64,000 bases of DNA, taken from the NCBI GenBank assembly GCA_963761335.1, contig CAVXGR010000007.1, forward strand, positions 103,651 to 167,650. Direction: 5' to 3'. This stretch comes from an uncultured delta proteobacterium. GTDB taxonomy: Bacteria; Desulfobacterota; Binatia; HRBIN30; BPIQ01. This document shows positions 20,514 to 30,146 of the stretch, one piece after another (position 1 is the first letter of the stretch; every line of letters starts with the position of its first letter). Below the pieces are notes generated by a model. It made no database searches. It saw only the letters and a list, made by a program, of their open reading frames with translations, and had not been told where the DNA came from. The translations under genes and the position numbers were made by a program.

Positions 20514-22418
20514 TCAGGCCGACGCCGCGACCAGCTCCGCCTCGACCCCCGCGGCACCGCCGTCGTCGCGCAGCTCGGCGTCGATCTCACGCAGGTCCGC
20601 AGCGGCGCTGCGGGCCGCCGCGACTTCGTGGGTCTCCTCGATCTTCTGCAGCACGCCGAGCAGGTTCACCAGCGACACGTAGATGCGGCCGTGCAGGTCC
20701 GCGAGCTCTTCATACGTCGTCAGCTCCTCGTCCAACTTCGCCTTGGCAGCGATCAGACGATCGAGGTCTTCGGCGCCGGCGCGCTCGATCGCCAGCACCG
20801 CGGCCCGCATGCGCTCGCGGATGTCGGCCACCCCGGTGCGTGCCAGATAGCCCTCGTAGCTCTCGAGCCTTCCCGCCGCACGGATCGCCTCCCTGACCGT
20901 GGCGGCGATCGATCTGGGATCGAAGATCGACACGGTGTGCGCCAGAGATCGATGCAGTCGCAGGGTGACGGCGGCGATCCGGCCGAGGATGTCCTTCAAT
21001 TTCGCGTCCCGCAGCTCGCGGATCTCGGCGGCGAGCTCCCGCGCCAGCGGGTCCGCGCCTGGCGACCGCGACTTCTGTCGGCGCGGCTGCGCCAGCGGCT
21101 GGGTACGAACCTGGTAGAGGAGGTAGAGCGAGGTCTCCGCGAACGCCGTGATCGCCAGCACGCCGATGGCGCTGGACGTATCGGTCAGCCACAACAAGGG
21201 CAGGAGCAGCAACGCCCCGAGAAGAGCGAAGGCGACAGGGAGGTCGAAGCGACCGGCGAGGCGATCGGTGATCTTCAAGACGCACGGCGCACCGCCAAGA
21301 TGATGGGCAACGGCCTCCGCGGCGCCGCGACTGACGCCGGAGACGAGGACCACCGGGAAACGGTTGAGCCCCGACAGGCGTGGCGCCACGTTGAAGTCCG
21401 GCGACAGCAGATCGCGTACCCGCACCGTGTCGTCGCAGCCCTCGAGGAGGACGGCGAAAGGCCCCGGATCCAGCCGCAATTGGGTGAAGGTGCCACAGCC
21501 GGCGCAGAAAGGCAGCCCCGCGATCAGGTCGTGCTCGCAGTGGACGCAGCTCGCCACCGTTTTCGGAACCGCCGAAGCAGAGGTCTTCTCACCTTTCTCC
21601 AGGCTGCGGAGGATCTCCCAGGAGCTCTGCGGCCGGTCGGCGGGATCGACACGCAGGCAGCGCAGGATCAGGCCGTGGAGCCAGAGTGGCACGTCGGCGC
21701 GCAGCGAGGAGAGCGGCTCGATCGCCTCGCTCATCTGGCTCTGCATCACCGCCGCCAGCGATGCGCCGCGATGCGGCGGCCGTCCGGCGAGGAGGGCGTA
21801 CAGCAGCGCTCCGATGCCGTAGAGGTCGGAACGCGGGTCGGGGCGCGTCGTGCGAAACATCTCCGGCGCCATGTACTCCGGCGTGCCGATCATCGCACCG
21901 GTCATTGTAATGTCCGCCAGCGCCGTCATCTTCGACATGCCGAAGTCGACGACCTTGACGTCGAGCCGCTCGTCGACCAAGACGTTCTGCGGCTTGAGAT
22001 CGCGGTGCAGGACGCGGGCGCGGTGACAGGCGTCGATCGCGGCCGCCACCGCCCGCCCGATGGCGATCGTCTCCTTCACCGTCATCGGGCCACGGCGGGA
22101 GATGCATGTCCCGCAATCGGTGCCGTCGAACAGCTCCATACAGAGGATCGGCACGCCGTCCTCTTCCAGAAAATCGTACACCTGGATCACGTTCGGATGG
22201 CGGACACGGCGCAGGATCTTGAGCTCACGGGCGAAGCGCTCGACCGCGGCCGGGTCTGTGGCCAGCATGGGATCGAGCACCTTGAGAGCCACCCGCGAGT
22301 CGGTCTCCGTGTCGACGGCCGCGTACACGGCGGATGTCCGACCGAGGCCGAGGCGCGACTCGATCGCGAAGCGTCCGGCGACGCGGCAACCGGCGGGCAG
22401 GTTGCGATACGACCTCAT
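20514..22418 (-). CDS. Hanks-type Ser/Thr kinase with a Zn ribbon, TM hairpin and helical C-terminal domain
   Basis: VALK, HRDLKPQN, DFG, GTPEYMAPE; CVHC..CAGC; two TM segments. Confidence 0.9.
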   Translation of the reverse strand: MRSYRNLPAGCRVAGRFAIESRLGLGRTSAVYAAVDTETDSRVALKVLDPMLATDPAAVERFARELKILRRVRHPNVIQVYDFLEEDGVPILCMELFDGTDCGTCISRRGPMTVKETIAIGRAVAAAIDACHRARVLHRDLKPQNVLVDERLDVKVVDFGMSKMTALADITMTGAMIGTPEYMAPEMFRTTRPDPRSDLYGIGALLYALLAGRPPHRGASLAAVMQSQMSEAIEPLSSLRADVPLWLHGLILRCLRVDPADRPQSSWEILRSLEKGEKTSASAVPKTVASCVHCEHDLIAGLPFCAGCGTFTQLRLDPGPFAVLLEGCDDTVRVRDLLSPDFNVAPRLSGLNRFPVVLVSGVSRGAAEAVAHHLGGAPCVLKITDRLAGRFDLPVAFALLGALLLLPLLWLTDTSSAIGVLAITAFAETSLYLLYQVRTQPLAQPRRQKSRSPGADPLARELAAEIRELRDAKLKDILGRIAAVTLRLHRSLAHTVSIFDPRSIAATVREAIRAAGRLESYEGYLARTGVADIRERMRAAVLAIERAGAEDLDRLIAAKAKLDEELTTYEELADLHGRIYVSLVNLLGVLQKIEETHEVAAARSAAADLREIDAELRDDGGAAGVEAELVAASA

Positions 22419-24304
22419 CGAAAACCCTCGATTTCCTTGCAGACCTCGCGGGCGAGCGGCAGATCGCGCTCGAGGCCGCGAACGCATTCCGCCAGCATGT
22501 CGGTCGCCGATTGATCGAGCGGCGCTTGCTGCGCGAGGGCTCGGCCCACGAGTCGGTTGAAGACATAGTGCAGAAAGATCAGCCGATTGTGCAGAGCCGT
22601 CACCTTCTCCTCGAGAAGGTAATGGGCGCGGAGCGCGCCGCCGGCGCGCTCCTGGCGCGCCCCGTCCACGTCGGCGTCATCGGCGGCGTCCACATAGGCG
22701 CGAGCCCGATCTGCGAGCGCCGCCGAGCCCAGCGCTTCGCTCACCTCCGAGCACATTGCCCCTAGCTCGGCGGCGCTCTCGAGGATCTTCTCCAGCGCCA
22801 GCCGCACCTCACCCGAAAGCTGGGCGACCAGCCTCTGCAGCAGCAAATATCTTTCCACCAAGCTGGCGACGCACGCTTTCATCTCCTCGGTCCGTTGAGG
22901 CTTGAGCCACGGCAGCAGGTGTTCCATCCAGCCGTGGTCGTGGGCGAGGCGGCGAGCCAGAGACGTCGAGGTAGGCCACAACGGCAGCACCTCGATGAGC
23001 TGGAAGCGGCGGAGAAATACACCGGCCAGCCCCAAGAGCGCCGCGGACATCAGCACCCGTGGGAGGCTCAAATCCAAAACGAACGGTCCTGGCATCAGAG
23101 GCAGGGCCACGCTCAAGATCACCGGACGGGTGACCGTCGCAGCGAGCACCAGCGGCGCGGCCTTGCGCACCTCCAGATACGGAGAGCGCCGGCGCACCGA
23201 CAGCCCCAACCCGTGATTCGCAGCGCTGCGAGCCAACAGCTGCGCCGGAAGCGCATCCAGCCCCGATAGCAGCAGCGTCCTGCCGCGGCGCTCGGGGCGC
23301 TTCTCGATGCCCAGGACGTCGCGCGCGTACTCGTCCAGCTTCTCGTCGTTCTCGTCCTCCGCACACACGATCTCGCACTCGCCCGGCTTCTGCAGCTCGG
23401 CGGTGCTCCAGCCGCACGAGAGGCAGACATCCAGCTCGGCGAGCGTCGCCGCGCCACAGCTCGCGCACCGCCGCTTGCGCAGCGACGGAAGATCGCGACA
23501 GAGCACCCGCCGGCGGGAGATGTCGGCGAGCACCTCGTCCGCCAGCTGGTAGCGCTCGTGCGGCCGCTTTGCCAGGAGCCGCTCGAGCAGATGCGCAAAC
23601 CATTCCGGCACCTCGGGACGGATCTCCTGCAGCGAGGGGATCGGCGCGGTGAGGTGGTGATGGCAGAGAACAGCCAGCGAGTCGCCCTGAAACGGCGGGC
23701 GTCCCGCCAGCAGCTCGAAGGCAATGATACCGGCGGCATAGAGGTCGGTCCGCGCGTCGTGCGCGTTGCGGCCGAAGAGCTCCGGGGCCATGTACTCCGG
23801 CGATCCGATTGAGGCGCCTGTCTGTGTCAGCTCCGAGAGCGAGGTCATCTTGGCGATGCCAAAGTCGAGGAGGCGCACGCCGACCGCCGGATCGACGATG
23901 GCGTTGTGCGGCTTGAGATCGCGGTGAATGACGTTCTTTGCATGGCAAGCCGCGAGAACGTCGAGGATCTCGACCAGCAACTCGAGCGCCCGCTCAAAGT
24001 CGAGGGGGTGGGCCGCTCGCACCAGCCGGCGCAGATCGGGCCCGTCGACGTACTCCATGACCAGATACGTCTGCTCCGCCTCGCGCACCAGATCGTACAC
24101 GGCGACGATGCGCGGATGGCCGACCAGCCGGGTGATCTGCAGCTCACGGCGGAAGCGCTCCACCGAGATGTCGTCCGTCTGCAGGTGGGGCTTCAGCATC
24201 TTGACGGCGACGAGCGAGTCGGTGCGCGTATCGCGAGCCCGGTAGACCCACGCGGAGGCGCCTTCGCCTATACGCTCGACATCCTGAAATCGTTCGGGAA
24301 GCAT
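22415..24304 (-). CDS. Hanks-type Ser/Thr kinase with a Zn ribbon, TM hairpin and helical C-terminal domain (paralog)
   Basis: IGEG, VAVK, HRDLKPHN, DFG, GSPEYMAPE; CASC..CLSC; ATGA overlap with the next kinase. Confidence 0.9.
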   Translation of the reverse strand: MLPERFQDVERIGEGASAWVYRARDTRTDSLVAVKMLKPHLQTDDISVERFRRELQITRLVGHPRIVAVYDLVREAEQTYLVMEYVDGPDLRRLVRAAHPLDFERALELLVEILDVLAACHAKNVIHRDLKPHNAIVDPAVGVRLLDFGIAKMTSLSELTQTGASIGSPEYMAPELFGRNAHDARTDLYAAGIIAFELLAGRPPFQGDSLAVLCHHHLTAPIPSLQEIRPEVPEWFAHLLERLLAKRPHERYQLADEVLADISRRRVLCRDLPSLRKRRCASCGAATLAELDVCLSCGWSTAELQKPGECEIVCAEDENDEKLDEYARDVLGIEKRPERRGRTLLLSGLDALPAQLLARSAANHGLGLSVRRRSPYLEVRKAAPLVLAATVTRPVILSVALPLMPGPFVLDLSLPRVLMSAALLGLAGVFLRRFQLIEVLPLWPTSTSLARRLAHDHGWMEHLLPWLKPQRTEEMKACVASLVERYLLLQRLVAQLSGEVRLALEKILESAAELGAMCSEVSEALGSAALADRARAYVDAADDADVDGARQERAGGALRAHYLLEEKVTALHNRLIFLHYVFNRLVGRALAQQAPLDQSATDMLAECVRGLERDLPLAREVCKEIEGFR

Positions 24305-24350
24305 CCGCGCTCGTCCGCTGTCCACCAGTCGGCTCCTGAAACCACGAACC

Positions 24351-24902
24351 GTGCCACATTCCGGATGCCTCCCGGGATTGGCGGCAATCCCCTGCAGACC
24401 GCCCGCCAACGCGGTCGCGCCGAAAAGTTGCCTCTCCTTGCCGGCGTCTCCGCCGCATGCCAGAGTCCGACGCGTGGGGCGCTTTGTCTTTACGCTCGGC
24501 GTGGGGGTGTGGCTCGGCACGCTGGTGAGCTTCTCCTTCATATTCCTTCCGGCGATCCATGCGAGCGCCGAGGGGCCCGACGCCCGGCGGCTCCTGGATC
24601 GGCTCTTCCCGCGCTACTACCTCACCGGCATCATCTGCGGCCTGGTCGCTCTCGGCTCAATCGCCGCCGCGCCCGCCGGACCGGGCCTGACGCTGGGGGA
24701 TCGCCTTCGGCTCGGCATCCCGGTCGCCGTCGCACTTCTCTGTGTGATGGTCGGCCGCCAGGTGCTGTTGCCGCGGCTGGCGCAGATCCGCCGCGACGAC
24801 CAGCCGGACGCCTACGAGCGCATGCATCGGCTGGCGGCGATGCTGAACTCCACGGTTCTGGCCCTGCTGGTTCTCGTCCTCGCCGCCGTGACCGCGAAGT
24901 AG
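24351..24902 (+). CDS. DUF4149/TMEM205-like membrane protein (true start probably later, near 24457-24474)
   Basis: GVWLG..FSFIFLPAI, LFPRYY, ERMHRLAAMLN; 4 TM segments. Confidence 0.75.
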   Translation: MPHSGCLPGLAAIPCRPPANAVAPKSCLSLPASPPHARVRRVGRFVFTLGVGVWLGTLVSFSFIFLPAIHASAEGPDARRLLDRLFPRYYLTGIICGLVALGSIAAAPAGPGLTLGDRLRLGIPVAVALLCVMVGRQVLLPRLAQIRRDDQPDAYERMHRLAAMLNSTVLALLVLVLAAVTAK

Positions 24903-25001
24903 AAAAGGCGCTGCGCAACCCGAAAGGGCTGCGTCTGGACGCCCGCGCAGAAATGGCGCAGTCTGAACGCCTACGGCAACCACAAACCTTGGAGGTCGGA
25001 A

Positions 25002-25796
25002 ATGGCATTCACCAGCTCGGATGGAATCCAGATCGCCTATGAGGACATCTCGCGTTACGAGCCTACGCTGCTGTTCCTCCCCGGATGGTGTGAGCCGCGC
25101 ACCGTCTTCCAGCACGTCTCGCCGCAGTGCGCCACCTCGCATCGGGTCACGGAGCTCGACTGGCGCGGACACGGCGCCTCCGGTCCGGCGCGCGGAGACT
25201 TCGGCAACCAGGAGCTGGTAAAGGACGCGCTGGCGGTGATCGAGGCCACTCGCCCCGAGGAGATCGTGCCGGTGTGCATCTCGCATGCCGGCTGGGTTGC
25301 CATCGAGCTACAACGCCGGCTCGGGGAGAAGGTCCGCAAGATCGTCCTTCTCGATTGGATCGTTCTCGATCCCCCGCCGCCGTTCGCGGCCGCGCTTCAG
25401 GGGCTTCAGCGCCCCGGCTCCCTCGAGAAGACCCGCGACGAGATGTTCGCGGCGTGGATCGACGGCTGCGACAATCGGGAGGTCGTCGATCACGTCCGCA
25501 GCGAGATGGGCGCCTTTCCCGCGGAGATGTGGTCGCGCGCCGCGCGCGAGATCAGCGCGGCGTATGCCGCTTACGGAAATCCGCTCGCGGCTCTGTCGGC
25601 TCTGCAACCGCACATCCCGGTGCTGCACCTCTACGCGCAGCCACGCGACGAGGGCTACTTGCAGGCGCAGGAAGCGTTCGCGCGCCAGAACCCGTGGTTT
25701 CACGTGCGCCGCGTCGAGGCGCGGAGCCATTTCCCCTCGCTGGAGAACCCGGACGAGGTCTCGGCTGCGATTCTCGAGTTCGTCGGCCGCGACTGA
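25002..25796 (+). CDS. Alpha/beta-hydrolase-fold cofactor-independent dioxygenase (HOD/QDO/AqdC-like)
   Basis: LLFLPGWC, WRGHG, SHAGW, LLDW, HLYAQP, PWF and SHFP match recalled Arthrobacter HOD motifs in order. Confidence 0.75.
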   Translation: MAFTSSDGIQIAYEDISRYEPTLLFLPGWCEPRTVFQHVSPQCATSHRVTELDWRGHGASGPARGDFGNQELVKDALAVIEATRPEEIVPVCISHAGWVAIELQRRLGEKVRKIVLLDWIVLDPPPPFAAALQGLQRPGSLEKTRDEMFAAWIDGCDNREVVDHVRSEMGAFPAEMWSRAAREISAAYAAYGNPLAALSALQPHIPVLHLYAQPRDEGYLQAQEAFARQNPWFHVRRVEARSHFPSLENPDEVSAAILEFVGRD

Positions 25797-25894
25797 GCAC
25801 GCCGATTCCGCTCGGCCGGAAGCCTTCCCCAGTTTTGGGATTGGCGAAGGCTCTCCTCGAGGACCGCGCCCCCGGTGGGGCAGGCGCCGCGAGG

Positions 25895-25909
25895 TGGCAC
25901 GGTAGATGC
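25895..25909 (+). promoter_or_regulatory. Probable sigma54 promoter
   Basis: TGGCAC-GGTAG-ATGC with GG and GC correctly spaced, ~27 bp before ATG 25936. Confidence 0.45.
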
Positions 25910-25935
25910 GACCTGCGGCTACGGGAGGCAGTCGG

Positions 25936-27309
25936 ATGATCTCCCGGCTAATCACGCCGATGTCCGCCCGGCAGCGGGGTCCCGCAGTAGACGGCCGTCT
26001 TCACCCGGCCTTCTGGCCGGTTCTCGACGCCCTGCGCGGCCAGCTGCGCAGCTATCGCGGTGGCGCCGCGGTGTGCGTCTACCACCGCGGCGAATGCGTC
26101 GTCGACCTCTGGGGAGGCGACCGGGACGAGACCGGTCGTCCCTGGATGCGCGAGACCATGTCGCCGAGCTTCTCCACCACCAAGGGAGTGGCATCGACGC
26201 TGCTGCACATGATGGTGGACCGCGGTCTCCTCGACTACGACGATCGGGTCGCCAAGTACTGGCCCGAGTTCGCCCACGCGGGCAAGGAGAAGATCACCGT
26301 GCGCCAGGTGATGGCGCACCAGTCGGGGCTCTACCACATCCGCCAGATGATCGACCACGCCGACCGCATGCTCGACTGGGATTACATGATCCACGCCATC
26401 GAGCGCAGCTCGCCGATTCACGAGCCGGGGACGCGCACCGGCTATCACGGCCTTACTTACGGCTACCTGATCGGCGAGATCCTGCAGCGGGTCACCGGCA
26501 CTTCCTTCGCTCGCCTGGTGCAGGACGAGCTGGCGGTGCCGCTCGGACTGGACGGCATGTACGTCGGCGCTCCCGCCGAGGTAATGCCGCGCGCCGCCCG
26601 CCTGATCTGGCCGCGCCGCGGCCTCTTCGGACCGGCTTTGCCCCTGCTGGCCACGGCGGTGGGCTACGGACCACTCGCCAAGAGGGCCGCCGCATGCTTC
26701 TCAAGCGCGGTCAGCCTCACCGGCCTGCAGCTCGACGTGGAGAGCATTCTCGACGCCCTGGCGCCGCGCGGCATCAGCTCCTTCGCCTTCGATGCCGAAG
26801 ACACCTTGATGGTCGCCATTCCGGCCGCCAATGGCCTGTTCACCGCCCGCTCGCTGGCGCGCCTCTACGCCGCACTCGCCGGCGGCGGCGAGATCGACGG
26901 CGTGCGCCTCATGTCGCGCAAGACGCTGGCACGCGCCACGACCATCCAGACTCGCCCCTCCGTTCGCGTCGTGATGCCCTGGGATCTGCGCTGGCGCCTC
27001 GGCTATCACGGCGTCATCACCAGCCGCGGCGTGCCGCGCAACGCTTTCGGCCACTTCGGCTTCGGCGGATCGGGAGCCTGGGCGGATCCCTCGCGAGAGC
27101 TCGCCGTCGCCCTGATCGTGAACAGTGGCATGGGCACGCCGTTCGGCGACCTGCGCATCGTCCGCATCAGCGGCGCCGTGCTCGACAGCGTGCGCAGCCG
27201 CCGCCGCGCCGCCGCCGCGGCGGAGACGCGGCGCGAGGCCCGCCGGGAAGCGAAGCCGGAGCGGCGCCGGGCAACCGTGCGGCCGCTGCGCCGCACCCGG
27301 CGCAGCTGA
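25936..27309 (+). CDS. Serine hydrolase, beta-lactamase/family VIII esterase type
   Basis: FSTTK (SxxK); YH (YxN-equivalent); FGHFGFGGS; Arg-rich tail. Confidence 0.9.
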   Translation: MISRLITPMSARQRGPAVDGRLHPAFWPVLDALRGQLRSYRGGAAVCVYHRGECVVDLWGGDRDETGRPWMRETMSPSFSTTKGVASTLLHMMVDRGLLDYDDRVAKYWPEFAHAGKEKITVRQVMAHQSGLYHIRQMIDHADRMLDWDYMIHAIERSSPIHEPGTRTGYHGLTYGYLIGEILQRVTGTSFARLVQDELAVPLGLDGMYVGAPAEVMPRAARLIWPRRGLFGPALPLLATAVGYGPLAKRAAACFSSAVSLTGLQLDVESILDALAPRGISSFAFDAEDTLMVAIPAANGLFTARSLARLYAALAGGGEIDGVRLMSRKTLARATTIQTRPSVRVVMPWDLRWRLGYHGVITSRGVPRNAFGHFGFGGSGAWADPSRELAVALIVNSGMGTPFGDLRIVRISGAVLDSVRSRRRAAAAAETRREARREAKPERRRATVRPLRRTRRS

Positions 27310-27318
27310 GCCCTGGAG

Positions 27319-27960
27319 CTACGACTGTCCGGCGGTGTCGATGGCGGCGCGCACGCCGGGGTCGTCGCCAGCCCGCTGCTCGGCCTTGCCGTTGGTCTCG
27401 GCGACGGAGGTGCCGGCGGCAACGTCGGCGGTGGCACGGTCGACCTCCGCCTGGATGCTCGCCAACTCATCCGCCGAAAAGTGCGCCAGTGGATCGCCGC
27501 TGGCGAGCACCAGGCGAACCGTGGCCTCGGTGGCCGAGTCGATGGGAATCGACTCGCCGCTGACAAAGGAGCGCATCAGCGTATCGCCATCGCCGACGCT
27601 CACCTCGAGAGAGCTGTCCGGCACCTCGTCAGTGGCGAGGCCGAAGAAGTAGCCGCCACTCGAATCGGTCGAGGTCGAGGTCAGCTGCCGGGTGACGTTC
27701 CCCTGGGCGTCGATGCGCTCGAGGCGCACCTCGACGCCGGCGCCGACGGCATCGACTCCGGTCAACGCCCAGGCGCGGCCGACGAACCAAGCGGCGAGCC
27801 GTTGCACCATCCCCGGCGCCGCGGCGGCGAGCTGGCCACTCGGCGCGGAGACGGTCCCCGACACCCGGCCCGCCTGAAAGTTGGCGCTGCCGCAGCCCGT
27901 GGTCATTCCCAGCAGCGCTCCGGCGCAGATCGTCGCTGCCACCCGTTCCTGAATTCTCAT
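27319..27960 (-). CDS. Hypothetical lipoprotein with an Ig-like/CarboxypepD-reg-like segment
   Basis: Lipobox-like MTTGC; TSTDSSGGYFF; GGAGG RBS. Confidence 0.7.
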   Translation of the reverse strand: MRIQERVAATICAGALLGMTTGCGSANFQAGRVSGTVSAPSGQLAAAAPGMVQRLAAWFVGRAWALTGVDAVGAGVEVRLERIDAQGNVTRQLTSTSTDSSGGYFFGLATDEVPDSSLEVSVGDGDTLMRSFVSGESIPIDSATEATVRLVLASGDPLAHFSADELASIQAEVDRATADVAAGTSVAETNGKAEQRAGDDPGVRAAIDTAGQS

Positions 27961-28044
27961 CGCTCACCTCCGCGCCGACAGTATGCTCCTTCAGAGGCGC
28001 GGCAACCTGTGCTTCGAGGGGATGCACCGGGACAAAGAACGGTC

Positions 28045-28114
28045 TCACGCAACGGCGCCACGGCGCAACGCCAATTGCCGGCCTTGGAACGTTGCGCCGT
28101 GGCGCCGTTGCGTG
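28045..28114. repeat. Intergenic hairpin with ~26-bp arms
   Basis: tcacgcaacggcgccacggcgcaacg .. cgttgcgccgtggcgccgttgcgtga. Confidence 0.6.
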
Positions 28115-28204
28115 ACCGCCTTGACAGCGCGTTGGGCAGCCCGGCTTTGCGCCTTCGCGTTCCTTCTCTTTCTACGGCGAGCCGCCGTGTGCTTTCCGCC
28201 ATTT

Positions 28205-28366
28205 TCGTGCTCATCCCGGTTCTCATGCCGTCGTTCTCCATTCGCTCTGAGGGACCGGATTATTCCCGGCCAGTCGGGAACGCACCCGCAGACTCGCAGA
28301 ACAATGGAAAACGACGGGACGAGAACCGGGAATGAGAATGAGAACGGAGGTTCCTTGGTAGCCTCA
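28205..28366. repeat. Second, degenerate copy of the 17.2 kb MITE-like inverted repeat
   Basis: atggaaaacgacgggacgagaaccgggaatgagaa arm; shared loop ends tcgctctga and gactcgcagaac. Confidence 0.7.
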
Positions 28367-28381
28367 CTGTCCCGGCGGTCC

Positions 28382-29345
28382 TCAGCTAATCCCCGCCTCT
28401 TCGAGGGCGGCGCGCAGGTCGGCGTCGTGGCGCGCCGCGGCGGTGCGCAGGCGCTCGCAGAGGGCCTCGTCGTGGCGGTAGACGGCGAGCGCCGCGATCG
28501 CGTCGCGGGCGGTGAAGCCGGGGGCCTCGGCCACCAGGCCGAGGAGAAATTCGATGGCCTCCTCGCGGCGCAACATGGCGATCGCCAGCAGCGCCGTGCG
28601 TCGCAGCGCGGCGCTGTCAGCTCGCTCCCACCACTGGCGCAGCACCGGAAAAGCGTCGCCCATGCGGCTGGCGCCGAGAGCCAGCGCGGCCGTCTCCTGT
28701 ACCGCTGCCGCGCCGGAATCCAGAAGGCGGACGGCAAGCGCCAGCGACGGCTCGGGCGCCAGCTGAGAAGCGCCGCAGTCTCGGAGAGCACCGCCGGCTC
28801 GTCGCCGCTCAGGACCCTCAGGCGCAACAGCGGTACACCTTCCGACTGCCGTGATAGGCCAGGGCACGCGCTGCGGCAGCGCGCACCGGAGCCTCCGGAT
28901 CGGCAAGCAGATCCGCCAGCTCGCAGCGCACGTCGGCATATCCCATGCGCACCAAGCCGAGGGCGCAGGTGCCGCGCAGATCCAGGGCCGTGTCGACTCT
29001 GCCGCCATAGACGGGCTCCATCTGCACGTGGCGGATGCCGCGCAGGAAGACGCCGGCATCCGCTTGGCCGAGACGGTAGAGGGCGTCGGCCGTGGCGGTC
29101 TTGGCGCGGCAGCCGGGGTCGCTCTTCACCGGGTCGATCATGAAGCGGTCGAAGGCGGCGACCAGGTCACCGGCCAGCGCGCCGATCTCGAGCTCGCCGG
29201 CGATCTGCGCCGCCTTGCCGGCGGCGTGCGACGACTTGCCGCCGAGCACGCGGCGCAGCTCCTGCACCGAGGCTTCGCAGAGGGGCTCCTGGCGCAGCCG
29301 ATGCAGAGCCTCGAGAGTTTCCTCGAGCCGGCGCGATCTCGCCAT
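28382..29345 (-). pseudogene. HEAT-repeat protein broken by two frameshifts (or sequencing errors)
   Basis: One frame reads MARSRRLEE..ADLLADPEAPVRAAAARALAYHGS; a second continues GVPLLRLRVLSGDEPAVLSE; a third continues LAPEPSLALAVRLL..AALALG.. Confidence 0.7.
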
Positions 29346-29385
29346 CGACGCAGATTCCCACCGCCTTGCGCAGCTCGCCGTGCCC

Positions 29386-30030
29386 TCAGACGCCGACGCC
29401 GAGCGGGCAGCTGACCCCGGTGCCGCCGTGACCGCAATATCCGCCCGGGTTCTTCGCCAGGTATTGCTGGTGGTACTCCTCGGCGAAATAGAACTCCGGC
29501 GCCGGCTCGATCTCCGTGGTGATCGGCCCGTAGTCGGCGGCGCGGAGCCGCTGCTCGTAGGCCTCGCGTGAAGCTTCGGCGGCGCGGCGCTGCTCCTCGC
29601 CGTAGGTGTAGATCCCCGAGCGGTACTGCGTGCCAACGTCGTTACCCTGGCGCATTCCCTGGGTGGGGTCATGACCCTCCCAGAAGGCCTTGAGCAGCAT
29701 CTCATAGGAGATCACCGCGGGATCGAAGACGACCCGCACTACCTCGTTGTGGCCGGTAAGACCGGAGCAGACCTCGCGGTAGGTGGGGTTCGGGGTGTGA
29801 CCGCCCGCGTAACCGACCGCCGTGCTGTAGACACCGGGGAGCTGCCAGAAGATGCGCTCCGCGCCCCAGAAGCATCCCATGCCGAACATGGCGAACGCCA
29901 TCCCGGGAAAGGATCCCTCGAGAGGCGCGCCGTTGACGAAATGCTTTGCCGGCACCGGCATGCGCTGCTCGCGTCCCCGCAGGGCTTCGCCGGCAGCAGG
30001 CATTCTCACCTTGTCCTCACGTATCCACAT
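29386..30030 (-). CDS. msrA: Peptide-methionine (S)-S-oxide reductase
   Basis: [47 protein letters not shown]. Confidence 0.97.
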   Translation of the reverse strand: MWIREDKVRMPAAGEALRGREQRMPVPAKHFVNGAPLEGSFPGMAFAMFGMGCFWGAERIFWQLPGVYSTAVGYAGGHTPNPTYREVCSGLTGHNEVVRVVFDPAVISYEMLLKAFWEGHDPTQGMRQGNDVGTQYRSGIYTYGEEQRRAAEASREAYEQRLRAADYGPITTEIEPAPEFYFAEEYHQQYLAKNPGGYCGHGGTGVSCPLGVGV

Positions 30031-30146
30031 GCGAGATCCTCCGCATGAGAGCCAATCTAACGGTATTTGCCCGGGTATTTCGAGAGGGCGCGTGGAGAGC
30101 CTGCCCCGGTTGATTTCGCCCGCCGATCCGGCCCTATTAGGGACCA

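Noticed and set aside
24342..24357. Sigma54 promoter for the kinase operon (minus strand TGGCAC-N5-GTGG)
   Set aside because: The -12 GC dinucleotide is missing
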